Shown: piece after piece, positions 34,720 to 47,210 of the stretch
How positions within the stretch are numbered: position 1 is the first letter of the stretch
Layout of the letters: each line of letters starts with the position of its first letter
From: Ginglymostoma cirratum
Taxonomy: Eukaryota
NCBI GenBank assembly: GCA_024137785.1
Contig: JAHRHZ010000002.1
Span: 4,297,329-4,361,328 of the forward strand
DNA: 64,000 nt
Direction of reading: 5' to 3'
The notes under the pieces: model-generated
What the model was told of the DNA's origin: nothing
Database searches by the model: none
The model's input: the letters and a program-made list of their open reading frames with translations, nothing else
Position numbers and translations under genes: made by a program

Positions 34720-36015
34720 AGAACAATAGAGCTTATGTCTCAAAAAAAAAGGAACACTTTAGGAAGCTTAGAGGTGGATAGAATATACAAGGGTAAAGTG
34801 ATAATGTAAGTTAGGAAAGCAAAGATAAGATTGAAAAATATTGGATGGTAAAATGAATGTAAATCTGAAGGTACTTTAGCAGTAAATTCAACAAGAGGAT
34901 CATAAAGGAAAGGGTTGAGCCCATCAGAGATGGATATGGTAACTTGTGCATGGATGCAGAAAATGTGGGGAATTGTTTTAAATGGACTCTTTGGCTCTGT
35001 CTTCACAAAGGAAGGGGACGATGATGTAGACATTCTAGTTAAAGATTGGAATTTCCCTGGAATACAGGAAAATGTGTTAAGTTGATTAAAATTTGGTTGT
35101 TGGCTCAGCGACAGAAGACAAATGATAATGATCGATGGATGTTTTGCTATGGAAAGTAGTTTCCAATGAAGTTCCACAGGGTTTTGTGTTAAGGGCCTTG
35201 CAGTTTGTGGTATTTATTAATGAATTAGACCTAAACGTAGGACACATGATTGGGAAATTTACAGATGGCATAAAATTTGGCCAGATATGGATAGTGAAGG
35301 GGATGGCTGTCAAGTTCAGAAAAATGTCAATGGTATGGTTGAATGGACAGAGAAGAGACAAAGAGAATTCAGTCTAAAAAAGCGTGAGGTTATTCATTTG
35401 GGGAGGGCAAACAAAGCATGGGCATACACTATAAACAAATGTACTGAGAGGAGTAGAGGAAGTGAGAGCCCTTAGGAGTGTGTGTCTACAGATCCCAAAG
35501 CTGCAGGACAAATTAACAAGGTTGTAAAGGAGGAATATGGGATTCTTTACTTCATTGGGCAAGGTATTGAATACAAGGGCAGGAATGTAATGTTGGAATT
35601 AAATAAGGCACTGATTAGGCCACAGCTGGAGTGTTATGCACAGTTCTGCCAGAGCTTGAAAATTGCGACTATAAGCAAAGGTTGGATCAGCTAGGTTTTT
35701 TTCCCCTTAGAACAGGGAAGGCTGAGGATTGACTAAATGGTGCATAAAATAATGAGGTACTTGGATAGAGAGGACAGAGAATGCTTGTTTCTTCTAGCAG
35801 AGAGGTCACAGGTTTAAGATGATTGGCAGAAGGATTAGAGGTGACATGAGGAAAAACATTTTTATCAATAGTGTGGTGGGTGGATAAAATTTGCTAATTT
35901 AGAAGGAACCTAGATCTGCACCTGGAGTGGTCACCTACAAAACCCTGAGCTAAGTGCAGGAAAGTGGGACTAGAAGGGGCAGTTGTTGCAGGTGTGATGG
36001 ACTGAATGCCAGCTT
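34720..36015 (+). mobile_element. CR1 LINE, degraded
   Basis: VPQGFVL, KFTDGIK, KALIRPQLECYAQF. Confidence 0.88.
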
Positions 36016-36020
36016 GTTGT

Positions 36021-38790
36021 TGTGATGTAAGATATATGATTTATTTATATCTTAATTTTTATTTAATTTTTGGATTTGAAACTAGTGACATGTGGGTTCT
36101 GTGTGCCTGAAGGCATTAACTTGTATGTGTATATGTAGCCATGGAGATTTCTTTTCAAAACAGTATGAGAGATATAGTTATTGAATGCTAATAGGAATTT
36201 GTCTACAAAGCAAATGTTTTATGAGCAAGCATAATATATATTAAGACCATAAGACCATAAGACATAGGAGTGGAAGTAAGGCCATTCGGCCCATCGAGTC
36301 CACTCCGCCATTTAATCATGGCTGATGGACATCTCAACTCCACTTACCCGCACTCTCCCCGTAGCCCTTGATTCCTTATGAGATCAAGAATTTATCAATC
36401 TCTGCCTTGAAGACATTCAACGTCCCGGCCTCCACTGCGCTCCGTGGCAATGAATTCCACAGGCCCACTACTCTCTGGCTGAAGAAATGTCTCCTCATTT
36501 CCATTCTAAATTGACCCCCTCTAATTCTAAGGCTGTGCCCACGGGTCCTAGTATCCCCACCTAACGGAAACAACTTCCCAGCGTCCACCCTTTCTAAGCC
36601 ATGCATTATCTTGTAAGTTTCTATTCGATCTCCCCTCAACCTTCTAAACTCTAATGAATACAATCCCAGGATCCTCAGCCGTTCATCGTATGTTAGGCCT
36701 ACCATTCCAGGGATCATCCGTGTGAATCTCCGCTGGACACGCTCCAGTGCCAGTATGTCCTTCCTGAGGTGTAGGTCCCAAAATTGGACACAGTATTCTA
36801 AATGGGGCCTAACTAGAGCTTTATAAAGTCTCAGAAGCACATCACTGCTTTTATATTCCAACCCTCTTGAGATAAATGACAACATTCCATTCGCTTTCTT
36901 AATCACAGACTCAACCTGCAAGTTAACCTTTAGAGAATCCTGTACTAGCACTCCCAGATCCCTTTCTACTTCGGCTTTATGAATTTTCTCACCGTTCAGA
37001 AAATATTCCAGGCCTGTATTCTTTTTTCCAAGGTGCAAGACCTCACATTTGCTCACGTTGAATTTCATCAGCCATTTCCTGGACCACTCTCCTAAACTGT
37101 CTAAATCATTCTGCAGCCTCCCCACCTCCTCCGTACTACCTGCCTGTCCACCTAACTTCGTATCATCGGCAAACTTCACCAGAATGCCCCCAGTCCCTTC
37201 ATCCAGATCATTAATATATAAAGTGAACAGCTGCGGCTCCAACACTGAACCCTGCGGGACACCACTTGTCACCGGTTGCCATTCCGAAAAAGAGCCTTTT
37301 ATCCCAACTCTCTGCCTTCTGTCAGACAGCCAATCCTCAGTCCATGCCAGTAACTCACCTCGAACACCATGGGCCCTCACCTTACTCAGCAGCCTCCTGT
37401 GAGGCACCTTATCAAAGGCCTTTTGGAAGTCTAGATAGATAAAGTCCACTGGGTTTCCCTGGTCTAACCTACTTGTTACCTCTTCAAAGAATTCTAACAG
37501 GTTTGTCAGGCACGACCTCCCCTTACTAAATCCATGCTGACTTGTTCCGACCCTGCACTTCCAAGAATTTAGAAATCTCATCCTTAACGATGGATTCTAG
37601 AATTTTACCAACAACTGAAGTTAGGCTAATCGGCCTATAATTTTCCATCTTTTGTCTTGATCCTTTCTTAAATATTGTAGTGCATTAGATTGTTCTAGAA
37701 ATTGTGTTTTATTTGACTTAAGGAAAACACCCATAGCTTGGAAGAAATTTTTGGTTTGCATTTTTTCAGAAATCTTAGCTGAAGCTGGACATGTAAAGCA
37801 GTTGCTCCTGAAGTAATGAGATAGATTAGAACTATTAAGAGCTAGGTTACCTCAGTGTGAAGAGTTTAGCTTAAATGTTCCAGACCAGAAGTGTTTGGTT
37901 AAAGTACTGAAGGGGTTAGTTGTAATGGAGGAAGTCTAACCTCAGTTGTGAGAAGTCTCAGGGAACAGGTAATCAGATTTTCAAGACTGGAGATTGAAAC
38001 CAAAATTAAGCCAACTCTGTGTATGATAAAGAAGGAAATTCTCTCTTATATTTGAGAACTGTAAAAGGGTACAGTTAGCATTGTGATTGCATTTTACAGT
38101 TTCAAAACCATTAAAAAAGTATGCTATGTATACATAATTTGGTTTATTCTATTATACCTTCATTTCTTTTGTGTAATAAATTTGTATCATTGAAACTAAA
38201 TCTGCAGCATTGTGAGCTTGTGTTTAAATGAAAGACCACCTCTTTAAATAAAATACAAATTGATCAAGCCAGATTTCAGTCTGGTATCTGACTTGCCCAG
38301 TAATGTCATGAACTGACATTGAAATAATAAGGGGCTCTTGGCAGGATTTGATTTTAAGTGGATTTAAGAGGGATCTGTCTTTTTAAAGAAATGGCTATGT
38401 GGTGGACCTTGACAGAGCAGCTCAGTTATGTTGGGGTTTATGGCACAGGATCTGAATGATGCTTTTCTGGCAGTATAAGATATAATTATGGATCATTTGA
38501 ATTTAGCTTTAGCCAAAGGTCCCAAGTTAAACTGAAGGTAGAAATAAAAGGAGAATTATGTAAGGATGATGTACTTCATGTGATATTCCAGCATTTAACA
38601 CAGGAAGAAGGTAAACCTGAAATTGAGATGTCACAATCGTAATTAGCTAAATATTATAAATGAAAAGACTTGAGAAATAAACGTATTAGAAAGGAACATA
38701 CAGTAAAGGAAATTTGAAATGGAAAGTGACGAGAAGGCAGAAGAAGATGGAATTTAAAGAACTTGAACTTCAAAGAGATAGAAAAATTAG
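36021..38790 (+). mobile_element. Gypsy-type LTR (split by CR1) followed by degenerate primer-binding site and gag remnant
   Basis: LTR-like AT-rich sequence on both sides of the CR1; ggggctcttggcaggat at ~38331-38347 resembles the tRNA-Pro PBS TGGGGGCTCGTCCGGGAT; ATGGCT at 38391 followed by E/K-rich decayed coding sequence. Confidence 0.5.
36243..37670 (-). mobile_element. Young CR1 LINE with an uninterrupted RT domain (5'-truncated)
   Basis: Open 401-aa ORF 36376-37581: QHGFSKGRSCLTNL, YLDFQKAFDKVPH, SGVPQGSVL, KFADDTKL; (tcttatgg)n tail. Confidence 0.97.
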
Positions 38791-38792
38791 AG

Positions 38793-41700
38793 GAGCAGCA
38801 AAGTTGACATTTTGGGTCAGGACTCTTCTTCAGAAATGAAGGAGGGAGAAGGCAGGTCTGAAATAAGAGGGATTGGAGGATGGGGCTGGGGAAGATGGGT
38901 GGGATGGTGATAGGTGAGTGCAGGTCGGCAGTGGTGGGGATTGGTCAGTGGGATGGGTGGGGCAGGTAGGTGGGAGAAAAGATGGACAGGTTGTGTCAGG
39001 TCAAGGAGGTGGGGATGAGAGGGAGGGTTGGTCATGGGTTGAGGCTGGGTTTGGGGAAATTTTGAAACTGGTAAAGTCCACATCGAGACCATTGGGCTGT
39101 AGGCTCCCAAGGCGGAAAATGAGGTGCTGCTTCTCCAGTTTCCAGGTGGTGTCATTGTGACACTGGAGACGGCCCAGGATGTACGTGTCACCCAGGGAGT
39201 GGGAGGGGGAGTTGAAGTGGTTTGCGACTGGAAGGTGTTTTCGTTTGTCACAAACAGATCGCAGATGCCCTACAAAGCATCTCTGAGTCTCCGCTTGGTC
39301 TCACCGATGTAGAGGAGGCCACATCAGGAGCAGCCGATGCAATAGACCACATTGACGGATGTGCAGGTGAACCCCTGTCTAATATGGAAGGTTTGTTTTG
39401 TGCCTTGGATGGAGGTGAGGGGGGAGATGTAGGGGCAGGTGTAGCACTTCCTGCAGTTACAGGGAAAGGTGCCAGAGTGGTGGGGTCACTGGGGAGTGTG
39501 GAATGGACAAGGGAGTCGTGGAGAAGGCGGTCGCTATGAAAGGCAAATAAGGGTGGGGAGGGAAATATATCTTAGGTTGTGGGGTTGGATTGAAGGTGGC
39601 GGAAGTAGCGGAGAATGATACGTTGAATACGGAGGTTAGTGGGGTGATATGTGAGGACAAGGGGAATTCTGCCTTTGTTTATTCTGGGGGGATGGGGTGT
39701 GAGGGCACAGATGTGGGACACGCAAGAGATGCAGTTGAGGGCATTTTCGACCACTGAAGGGGGAAGTTGTTATTCTTGAAATAAGAGGACATCTGGGATG
39801 TTCGGGAGTGGAGCACACCATCTTGGGAGCAGACACAGCAGAGGCAGAGAATTTGGAAGTAGGGGATCGCAATCTTGTAGGAAGGTGGGTAAGGGGGTGT
39901 AGTCCAGGTAGCTGTGGGAGTCGGTGGGCATGAAATAGATATCGGTTTTGAGGTGGTCACCAGAGATGGAGACAGAGAGGTCCAGTAAGGAGAGAGAGGT
40001 ATTACAGATGGTCCAAGTGAATTTGATGTTGGGGTAAAGGGTGTTAATAAAGTTGATGAACTGTTCAAGCTCCTCATGGGAGCACGAGGCAGCGCCGATA
40101 CAGTCATCGATGTAACGGAGGAAGAGGTGGGGGATCGTGCCAGTGTATCTGCGGAAGAGGGACTGTTCCACGTATCCAACGAAGAAGTGGGTCACCGCTG
40201 ATATCACCCTCCCCACTGCCAACGTTGCCCCTATCTCCATCCCCACAGCCACCAGATCTACACCCAGTCCCAGCCCCAAGCCCTGCCGGGTCTTCACCAT
40301 CACCCCAGACCTCTCCCTCACTGAGGACGAATGGTCAGTCCTCGGTAAAGGACTCACCTTCATTCCTCTGCACCCACAAATCAATGAATACCGTTCACAT
40401 TTGGACTTCAAACACTATTTCTGCCACCTCCGCCTCTGCACCTATTTCTTTAACCAGGAGTCTAACCCATCTTCCACTGACCCCTTCTCCCACCTCCAAC
40501 ACACCCCATCCTCCTGGACACCACCCCAAGGCCTCCTGTCCTCCCTCAACCTCTTCATTTCCAACTGTCGTTGAGACATTGATCACCTTAACCTCTCCAC
40601 CCCATCACCCACTCCAGCCTCTCCCCCACAGAACGTGCAGTCCTCTGCTTCCTCCGCTCCAATCCCAACCTCACCATAAGATCCGCGGACAAGGGAGGCG
40701 CAGTTGTAGTATGGAGCACTGACCTCTACATCGCCGAGGCCAGACACCAGCTCTCTGATACCTCCTCCTAACGCCCCCTTGATCATGACCCCACCCCCGA
40801 CCACCAAAACATCGTGTCCAATACCATCCACAACTTCATCACCTCAGCTGACCTCCCACCCACAGCCTCCAACCTCATCATTCCCCAACCCCGCACCGCC
40901 AGTTTCTATCTCCTTCCCAAAATCCACAAACTTGACTGCTCCGGCCGACCCATTGTCTCTGCCTGCTCCTGCCCCACCAAACCTATCCCCGCTTACCTTG
41001 GACTCTATTTTCTCCCTCATAGCCCGGGAACTCTTCACCTATGTCTGGGACACCACCCACGTCCTCCACCTCCTCCAAGACATTCAATTCCCTGGCCCCC
41101 AACACCCTCATCTTCATTATGGACATTCAATCCCTGTATATTTGTATCCCCCATGCAGATGGTCTAAAAGTCCCCCCTTTCTTCTCCTCCCACAGGCCCA
41201 ATCGTTCCCCCTGCACTGCCACCCTCATCCACTTGACCGAACTCATCCTTACCCTTAACAACTTCTCCTTCAATTCCTCCCACTTCCTACAGACAAAAGG
41301 GGTGGCCATAGGTACCTGCATGGGCTCAAGCTATGCCTGCCTCTTTGTAGGATACATGGAACAGTCCCTCTTCCGCAGCTACACTGGGCCCATCCCCCAC
41401 CTCTTCCTTCGTTACATCGATAACTGTATCGGCGCTGCCTCGTGCTCCCATGAGGAGCTTGAACAGTTCATCCACTTTACTAACACCTTTCACCCAAACC
41501 TCAAGTTCACCTGGACCATCTCTGACTCTCTCTCTCCTTCCTGGACCTCTCTGTCTCCATCTCTGGTGACCACCTTGAAACCGATCTCTATTTCAAGCCC
41601 ACCGACTCCCACAGCTACCTGCACTACACCTCCTCTCATCCACCTTCCTGCAAGACTGCAATTCCCTACTTCCAATTCCTCCGCCTCCGCCGTGCCTGTT

Positions 41701-42929
41701 CCCAAGCTGAGGCGTTCCACTCCCGAACATCCCAGATATCCTTGTATTTCAAGGACCACAGCTTCCCCCCTTCAGTGGTCAAAAATGCTCTCGACTGCAT
41801 CTCTTGCATTTCCCACACCTCTGCCCTCACACCGTCACATCCCCCCCCGCAACAAAAACAAAGACAGAATCCCCTTGTCCTCACATATCACCCACTAACC
41901 TTCGTATTCAATGTATCATTCTCCGCCACCTCCAGTCTGACCCTACTATGAAGGATATATTTCCCTCCCCACCCTTATCTGCTTTCCGGAGGGACTGCTG
42001 TCTCTGCGACTCCCTCATCCACTCCACACTCTCCACTAGTCCCACCACCAACGGCAACTTTCCCTGCAACCGCAGGAGGTGCTACACCTGCCCACACACC
42101 TCTCCCTCACGTCCATCCCAGGCCCCCCAAAAAACCTTTCACATCAGACAGATGTTCACCTGCACATCTGCTAATGTGGTCTATTGTATCTGCTATTCCC
42201 AATGTGGCCTCCTCTACATCGGTGAGATCAAGCGGAGACCACTTTGTAGAGCACCTACGTTCTGTTCGTGACAAACGACAACACCTTCCATTCGAGAACC
42301 ACTTCAAATCCCCCTCCCACTCCCTGGGTGACATGTCCATCCTGAGCCTCCTCCAGTGTCACAACGATGCCACCCGGAAACTGGAGGAGCAGCACCTCAT
42401 ATTGAGTTTGGTTAAGTGGATGAGGGTGTCGGTGGAGGGGGACCAGTTGGGCCTTTGGGAGAGGAGGAAGCGGAGGGCTTTTAGGCCATCCACGTGTGGG
42501 ATACAAGTGTACAGGGATTGAATGTCCTTAATGAAGATGAGGTGTTGGGGGCTAGGGAATTGAATGTCTCAATGTGGACTTTACCATTTTCAAAATCTCC
42601 CCATCCCCAACCTCATCCCAAGAGCAACCCTCCTTCCCAACCCCGCCTCCTTGACCTCTCTGTCTTCTTTCCCACCTATTCACTCCTCCCCTCTAACTTA
42701 CCAAACCCCACTACTGCGTACCTGCACTCACCTATCACCATCCCACTTACTTCCCCAGACCCACCCTCCTCTCTCCATTTATATGGAGCTTCCTTCACCC
42801 TCCCCCATTTCTGTAGAAGAGTCCCGCTCCTCTCCTTTCCTGCTCCACTGATGCTGCCTGACCTGCTGTGCTCCTCCAGCTCCACACTGTGTTACCTCTG
42901 ACTCCAGCATCGTCAGTTCTTACTATCTC
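38793..42929. mobile_element. Composite Penelope-like insertion: minus copy 38793-40190, plus copy 40190-42410, short inversion 42410-42565, plus terminus to 42929
   Basis: FLRYIDD (minus copy) and KGVAIGTCMGSSYACLFVG..FLRYIDN, VVYCICYSQCGLLYIGE (plus copy); imperfect TSD tagaaaaattagag (38779-38792) / taggaaagttagag (42930-42943). Confidence 0.9.
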
Positions 42930-43669
42930 TAGGAAAGTTAGAGAACAGATTTGCCACGAAACAACTTGGAACAACAAAAGGAGGAGGAAATCAGGTGAAT
43001 AGAAAGCCTACAGATGGGAAGAGGTGGTCAGGGAGTGGACAGAAGGACATCGAGGTAATAAAGGAGAATCAAGTCCTTCACTTGACAAAGGAGCAGCGCT
43101 AAGAAAGCTTGTGATTTCAAATAAACCTGTAGGACTATAATCTGGTGTCATGTGACTTCTGACGATGTCTAAGGAATCATCAAGATGAGAGGAGCTAAAA
43201 CTTATGGGGTAGCCATTATTAATAGTGATGTCAAGGCAAATGAATCAGTTTTTTCCAAGAAGTGCTAAGCCTGAATTTTAAGATTCCAGATGCATGAAAG
43301 TAAACTAGTGAAGAATACAGACTATAAAAGCTTCTATGGAGATACGAAAGACAATATTGCAGCTTGGTGGCTTTATAATGGTTAATGAGAAATGACAGAA
43401 GAAAACACTAACCTAAAGTTTTAATCCCTATTTATGTACATGGGGCAGAACATTCCTTGTCCTTTAAAAACCTGACCTGGGAAAATCTGGCCCAGGCAGT
43501 CAGTTTTCCTGCTGCAATAGTAGGAATGTGGGATAAGTAACCTCAGCATGACAGTGCTGACAACACAGTTGCATCACATGCAGAGCCTGTCTCCATACAC
43601 CTACACTGTATTAAAATTTCTCCTCTAGCTTTTTCTTTTCTTCCCCAGCATTTCATTTCCCAACCATTG

Positions 43670-44612
43670 GGACCCAAAGACTACAATCAGTAAGGATAAG
43701 TGATAACACCTTCGCTACAATAGTTCTCAACACCAGTGCCCAGCAAAACTGTATACTCAGCCCCTTACTTTGCTCTTTATATACTCCCGACCGTGTGGCC
43801 ATATTCCACTGTAACTCCATTTAGAAGTTTGCTGATGGCATCACCATTATAAGTCAGATCTCAAACAATCAGACAGAATAGATGGAATACTTAGTGACAT
43901 GGTGTAACAACTATACTTTCTCCCTCAATGTCAGCAAAACAATAGAACTGCTCATTGGCTTCAGGGAGCAGAGTGGAGGGCATGCCCCCATGTGTATCAA
44001 TGAGATGGAGATGGTTGACAGCATCAACTTCCTCAGAGTGATGATCATCAACAATATGTCCTGGTCCACCCACATCCTTCCTCATGAGGCTAAGTAAATT
44101 TGGCATGTCCAGAAAGACTCCTACCAATTTTTATTGATGCACCATAGAAAGCATCCTACTTGGATGCACCACAGTGTGCTATGGCAACTGCTCTGCCCAA
44201 GACCTCAAGAAATGGGCCAAATGGCCTTACTTCCACTGCTGTCTTATGGCCTTAAATTACACAGTTGTGAACACAGCCCAGTCCATCACAAAAACCAGCC
44301 TTCCATCCATTGACTCCACCTATACTTCCCCCTGCAACCAACTTAATCAAAGACCCCTGGTTATACTCTTCCATCAGGGAGAATATAGAAATTTGAATAC
44401 TCAGACCAACAGTTTCAAGAACAGCTTCTTCCCCGCTGTTATCAGTCTTTTCAAATGTTAATGCTGATCTCTCTCTGCATCGTTCTGCAGCTGTGACACT
44501 ATTTTGCACCTTGTTCAATTACTCTAATGCACTTTTATGGTACAATCTTCCTGCTGAGCATGCAAAATAATACTTTTCACTGCATCTTGGTACATGATAA
44601 TAAGTCAAATCA
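43670..44612 (+). mobile_element. Rex1/Babar-type LINE, degraded
   Basis: KFADG, FSLNVSKTIELLIGFRE, CYGNCSAQD, FKNSFFPAVI. Confidence 0.87.
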
Positions 44613-45454
44613 GCTGATTCTGTATCCTATTACCCATGTCCCATAGATCAACTGTGTCCCCACCCATTTCCATGGATTAAATCAATTTTGTCTATTTTTT
44701 AAAAATGCCCTAACTACTCCTATTGTCTCATCACTGACTATAGCAACTTAGTGTGCTAAAGGCAGAAGTACAGGTTCATGCAGAATTCTTTGTCTTCCAA
44801 ACCCTGTTGCAAAGCAAATTTCAGGTAAATGCTTAATCCTTTTGGAACAACATTTCAATTGGGCAGTGATGTCACACTGGAGGCTTTTCCCCAGTGGCAC
44901 TGAAATCTTTCTCTCTTCAGTGTTCAGTATTTATTCAGACTCCAACAGCCTCTCTTTAGAAAAAGAGTTTGAGGCCATTAGAAGGGGAGCATTTACAGTC
45001 TAGAAACTCAAACAAATCTTTGTGCAGTAACCTTAACCTTGCCTCTCACTTAAGGTACAGTGACTTTTTGGCTAAACCAGTTTCTCTAATGAGAGCAGTC
45101 CTCTGGGACTACACCAACTTTACTTATCATAACCGGCATATCATGTTAATGTTGAATAGAAGATGAAAGAGGAAAATAGTCATAGTAGGAAAAAACACCG
45201 CGTTTCAGCCAACATCCTACATTGCCTGCATTTGTTTGAGTGTTCAAGTGAGCTTCAACTATGTAGCTATAACTTCACTAATGTAGAGTTAAGGTGTTCT
45301 GAGTTAAGGATTCAGAACAGAATACCCAGCCCCCTTCATTAGCCATCCCATAGTGTAAAATGAGCTGATGTGTCCACACCAGGGAATAGACTCATTCAAA
45401 TTTACTCAAACCCTTAACATTAGTGGTTCTGCTCTAAATTTCTGAAGAATTCAG

Positions 45455-46600
45455 GAATCATGGTAGACTAGCTAGCAAGGTTAGATCACATGGCACAGAG
45501 AGAACTACCTATTGGGATACAGAACTGGCTCAAAAGGTAGAAGACAGAGGTTGGTGGTTGTGGTGGAGGGTTGCTTTACAGAATGGAGTCCTGTGACCAG
45601 CACTGAGCCTTGTGGCACACTGCTATTTGTTATTTATAAGTGATTTGGATGTGACCATAAGGAGGTATGGTTAGTACAGTTACAGATGACACTAAGATTG
45701 AAGATGTAGTGGTCAATGAAGGTTACCTCAGAGTACAATGGCATCTTGATCATACAGGCTGAGGAATGGCAGATGGAGTTTAATTTGGATAAGCGTGAGG
45801 CGTTATGTTGTGGAAAGGCAAACCAGGGCAGGACACGTAAATGGTAAGGTTCTGGGGAGTGTTGCTGAACAGAGACACCTTTGGGGTGCAGATTCATGGT
45901 TCCTTGAAAGTAGATTTGTAGGTAGACAGGATAGTGAGGAAGGTGTTTGGGCATGCTTGCCTTTATTGGTCAGTGCATCGAAGTCTTGGAGTTAGGAGGT
46001 CACGTTGTGGCTGTACATGGCTTTGGGAATACTATGTGCAATTCTAGTCTCTCTGCTATAGGAAGGATGTTGAGAAGCTTGAAAGGATTCAGAAAAGATT
46101 TAAGGATGTTGCTGAGGGTTTGAACTGTAGGGAGAAGCTGAATAAGCTGGGGCTACTTTCCCTGGAGCAGAGGCCAAGGGGTGACCTTAGAGGTTTATTA
46201 AAAAAAAAAAATTGAGAGGCATGGATAATGCTAATAGACATGGTCTTTTCCCTGGGTCCAAAACTAGATGGCATAGGCTCCTATGATGCTGCCTGACCTG
46301 CTGTGTTCATCCAGCCCCATGCTTGTTATCTGGCATAGGTTTAAAGGTGAGATGAAAGATTTAAAAAGGGACTAAAGGGCAACCTTTTCCACAGAGGGTG
46401 GTGAGTGTATGAAATGAGTTGCTGGAAGTGGTGGAGGCCAGTACAACTGCAACATTTAAAAGGCATATGGAGGGGTATGTGAATAGATTTGGTTTAGAGG
46501 GATATGGGCTGAATACTGGAAAATGGGACTAGATTTATTTGGGATATCTGGTCAGCATTGTAAGTTGGGTCTTTTTCCACGCTGTACATCTGATGGCTAT
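45455..46600 (+). mobile_element. CR1 LINE, degraded, carrying a 53-bp PLE fragment (46278-46330)
   Basis: CR1 RT and 3' motifs; the insert is flanked by TSD TGGCATAGG at 46269-46277 and 46331-46339. Confidence 0.9.
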
Positions 46601-46692
46601 GAACTCTTCAAACCAGTTAAATATTTAGTGGTTTGAACACAGCAAGTGTCAGTAAAGAACCAATAGGAGGAGAAGTTGTGTCCAAATATTTC

Positions 46693-46698
46693 TTTAAT
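46693..46698 (-). terminator. Candidate polyadenylation signal (ATTAAA) of the MHC class II beta gene
   Basis: ATTAAA ~490 nt after the stop, at the end of unique sequence; I saw no AATAAA in between; an alternative ATTAAA lies at 47142-47147. Confidence 0.45.
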
Positions 46699-47184
46699 CA
46701 AGTGTTCCACCATTTCAGCTGCATTTGAGATCATGAGGTAAAAAGTCTGCATTAAATCATTTAGATACAAAGCCCAAAGAATTTACAAATGAGATTAAAA
46801 CATTTACAACAAGGCTGAACAGAGGAAAATAAAAGCATTAAAAACACAGGAGAATCATGTTTGGATGCACGAGCCTAGAAGCATGTACCCTACCAGACAG
46901 TCTGCACTGGAAACAAAGTCCAGTGGTTAGATGTAGTTATTTCCCATCTGCACAGGGGGGAGGAGGGTGGCACGCTGATCAGGACGTTTGAGAAGTCACA
47001 TGCTCCTCTTGTTTTAAGTGGGATATAAAGCTGCGTATAACTGCAAGTGTAAAGTTAATCAAAGCAAAGCCAAGGCCAAGCCTTCTAACGCCCAGTGAGC
47101 TGCAATTGCACTGGATAAGTTGCAAGGAGTCTGCAAACTGTTTTAATTCTGTCCATCATTCAGCTGATGTGTGGATGTGATCAG

Positions 47185-47210
47185 TTAACTGACAGCTGGA
47201 CCCATCAGAC
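47185..47210 (-). CDS. MHC-IIB: MHC class II beta exon 6 coding part: (R)LMGPAVS*
   Basis: Strong acceptor tttttttttctttcag; in frame with exon 5; TAA at 47187-47185. Confidence 0.88.
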
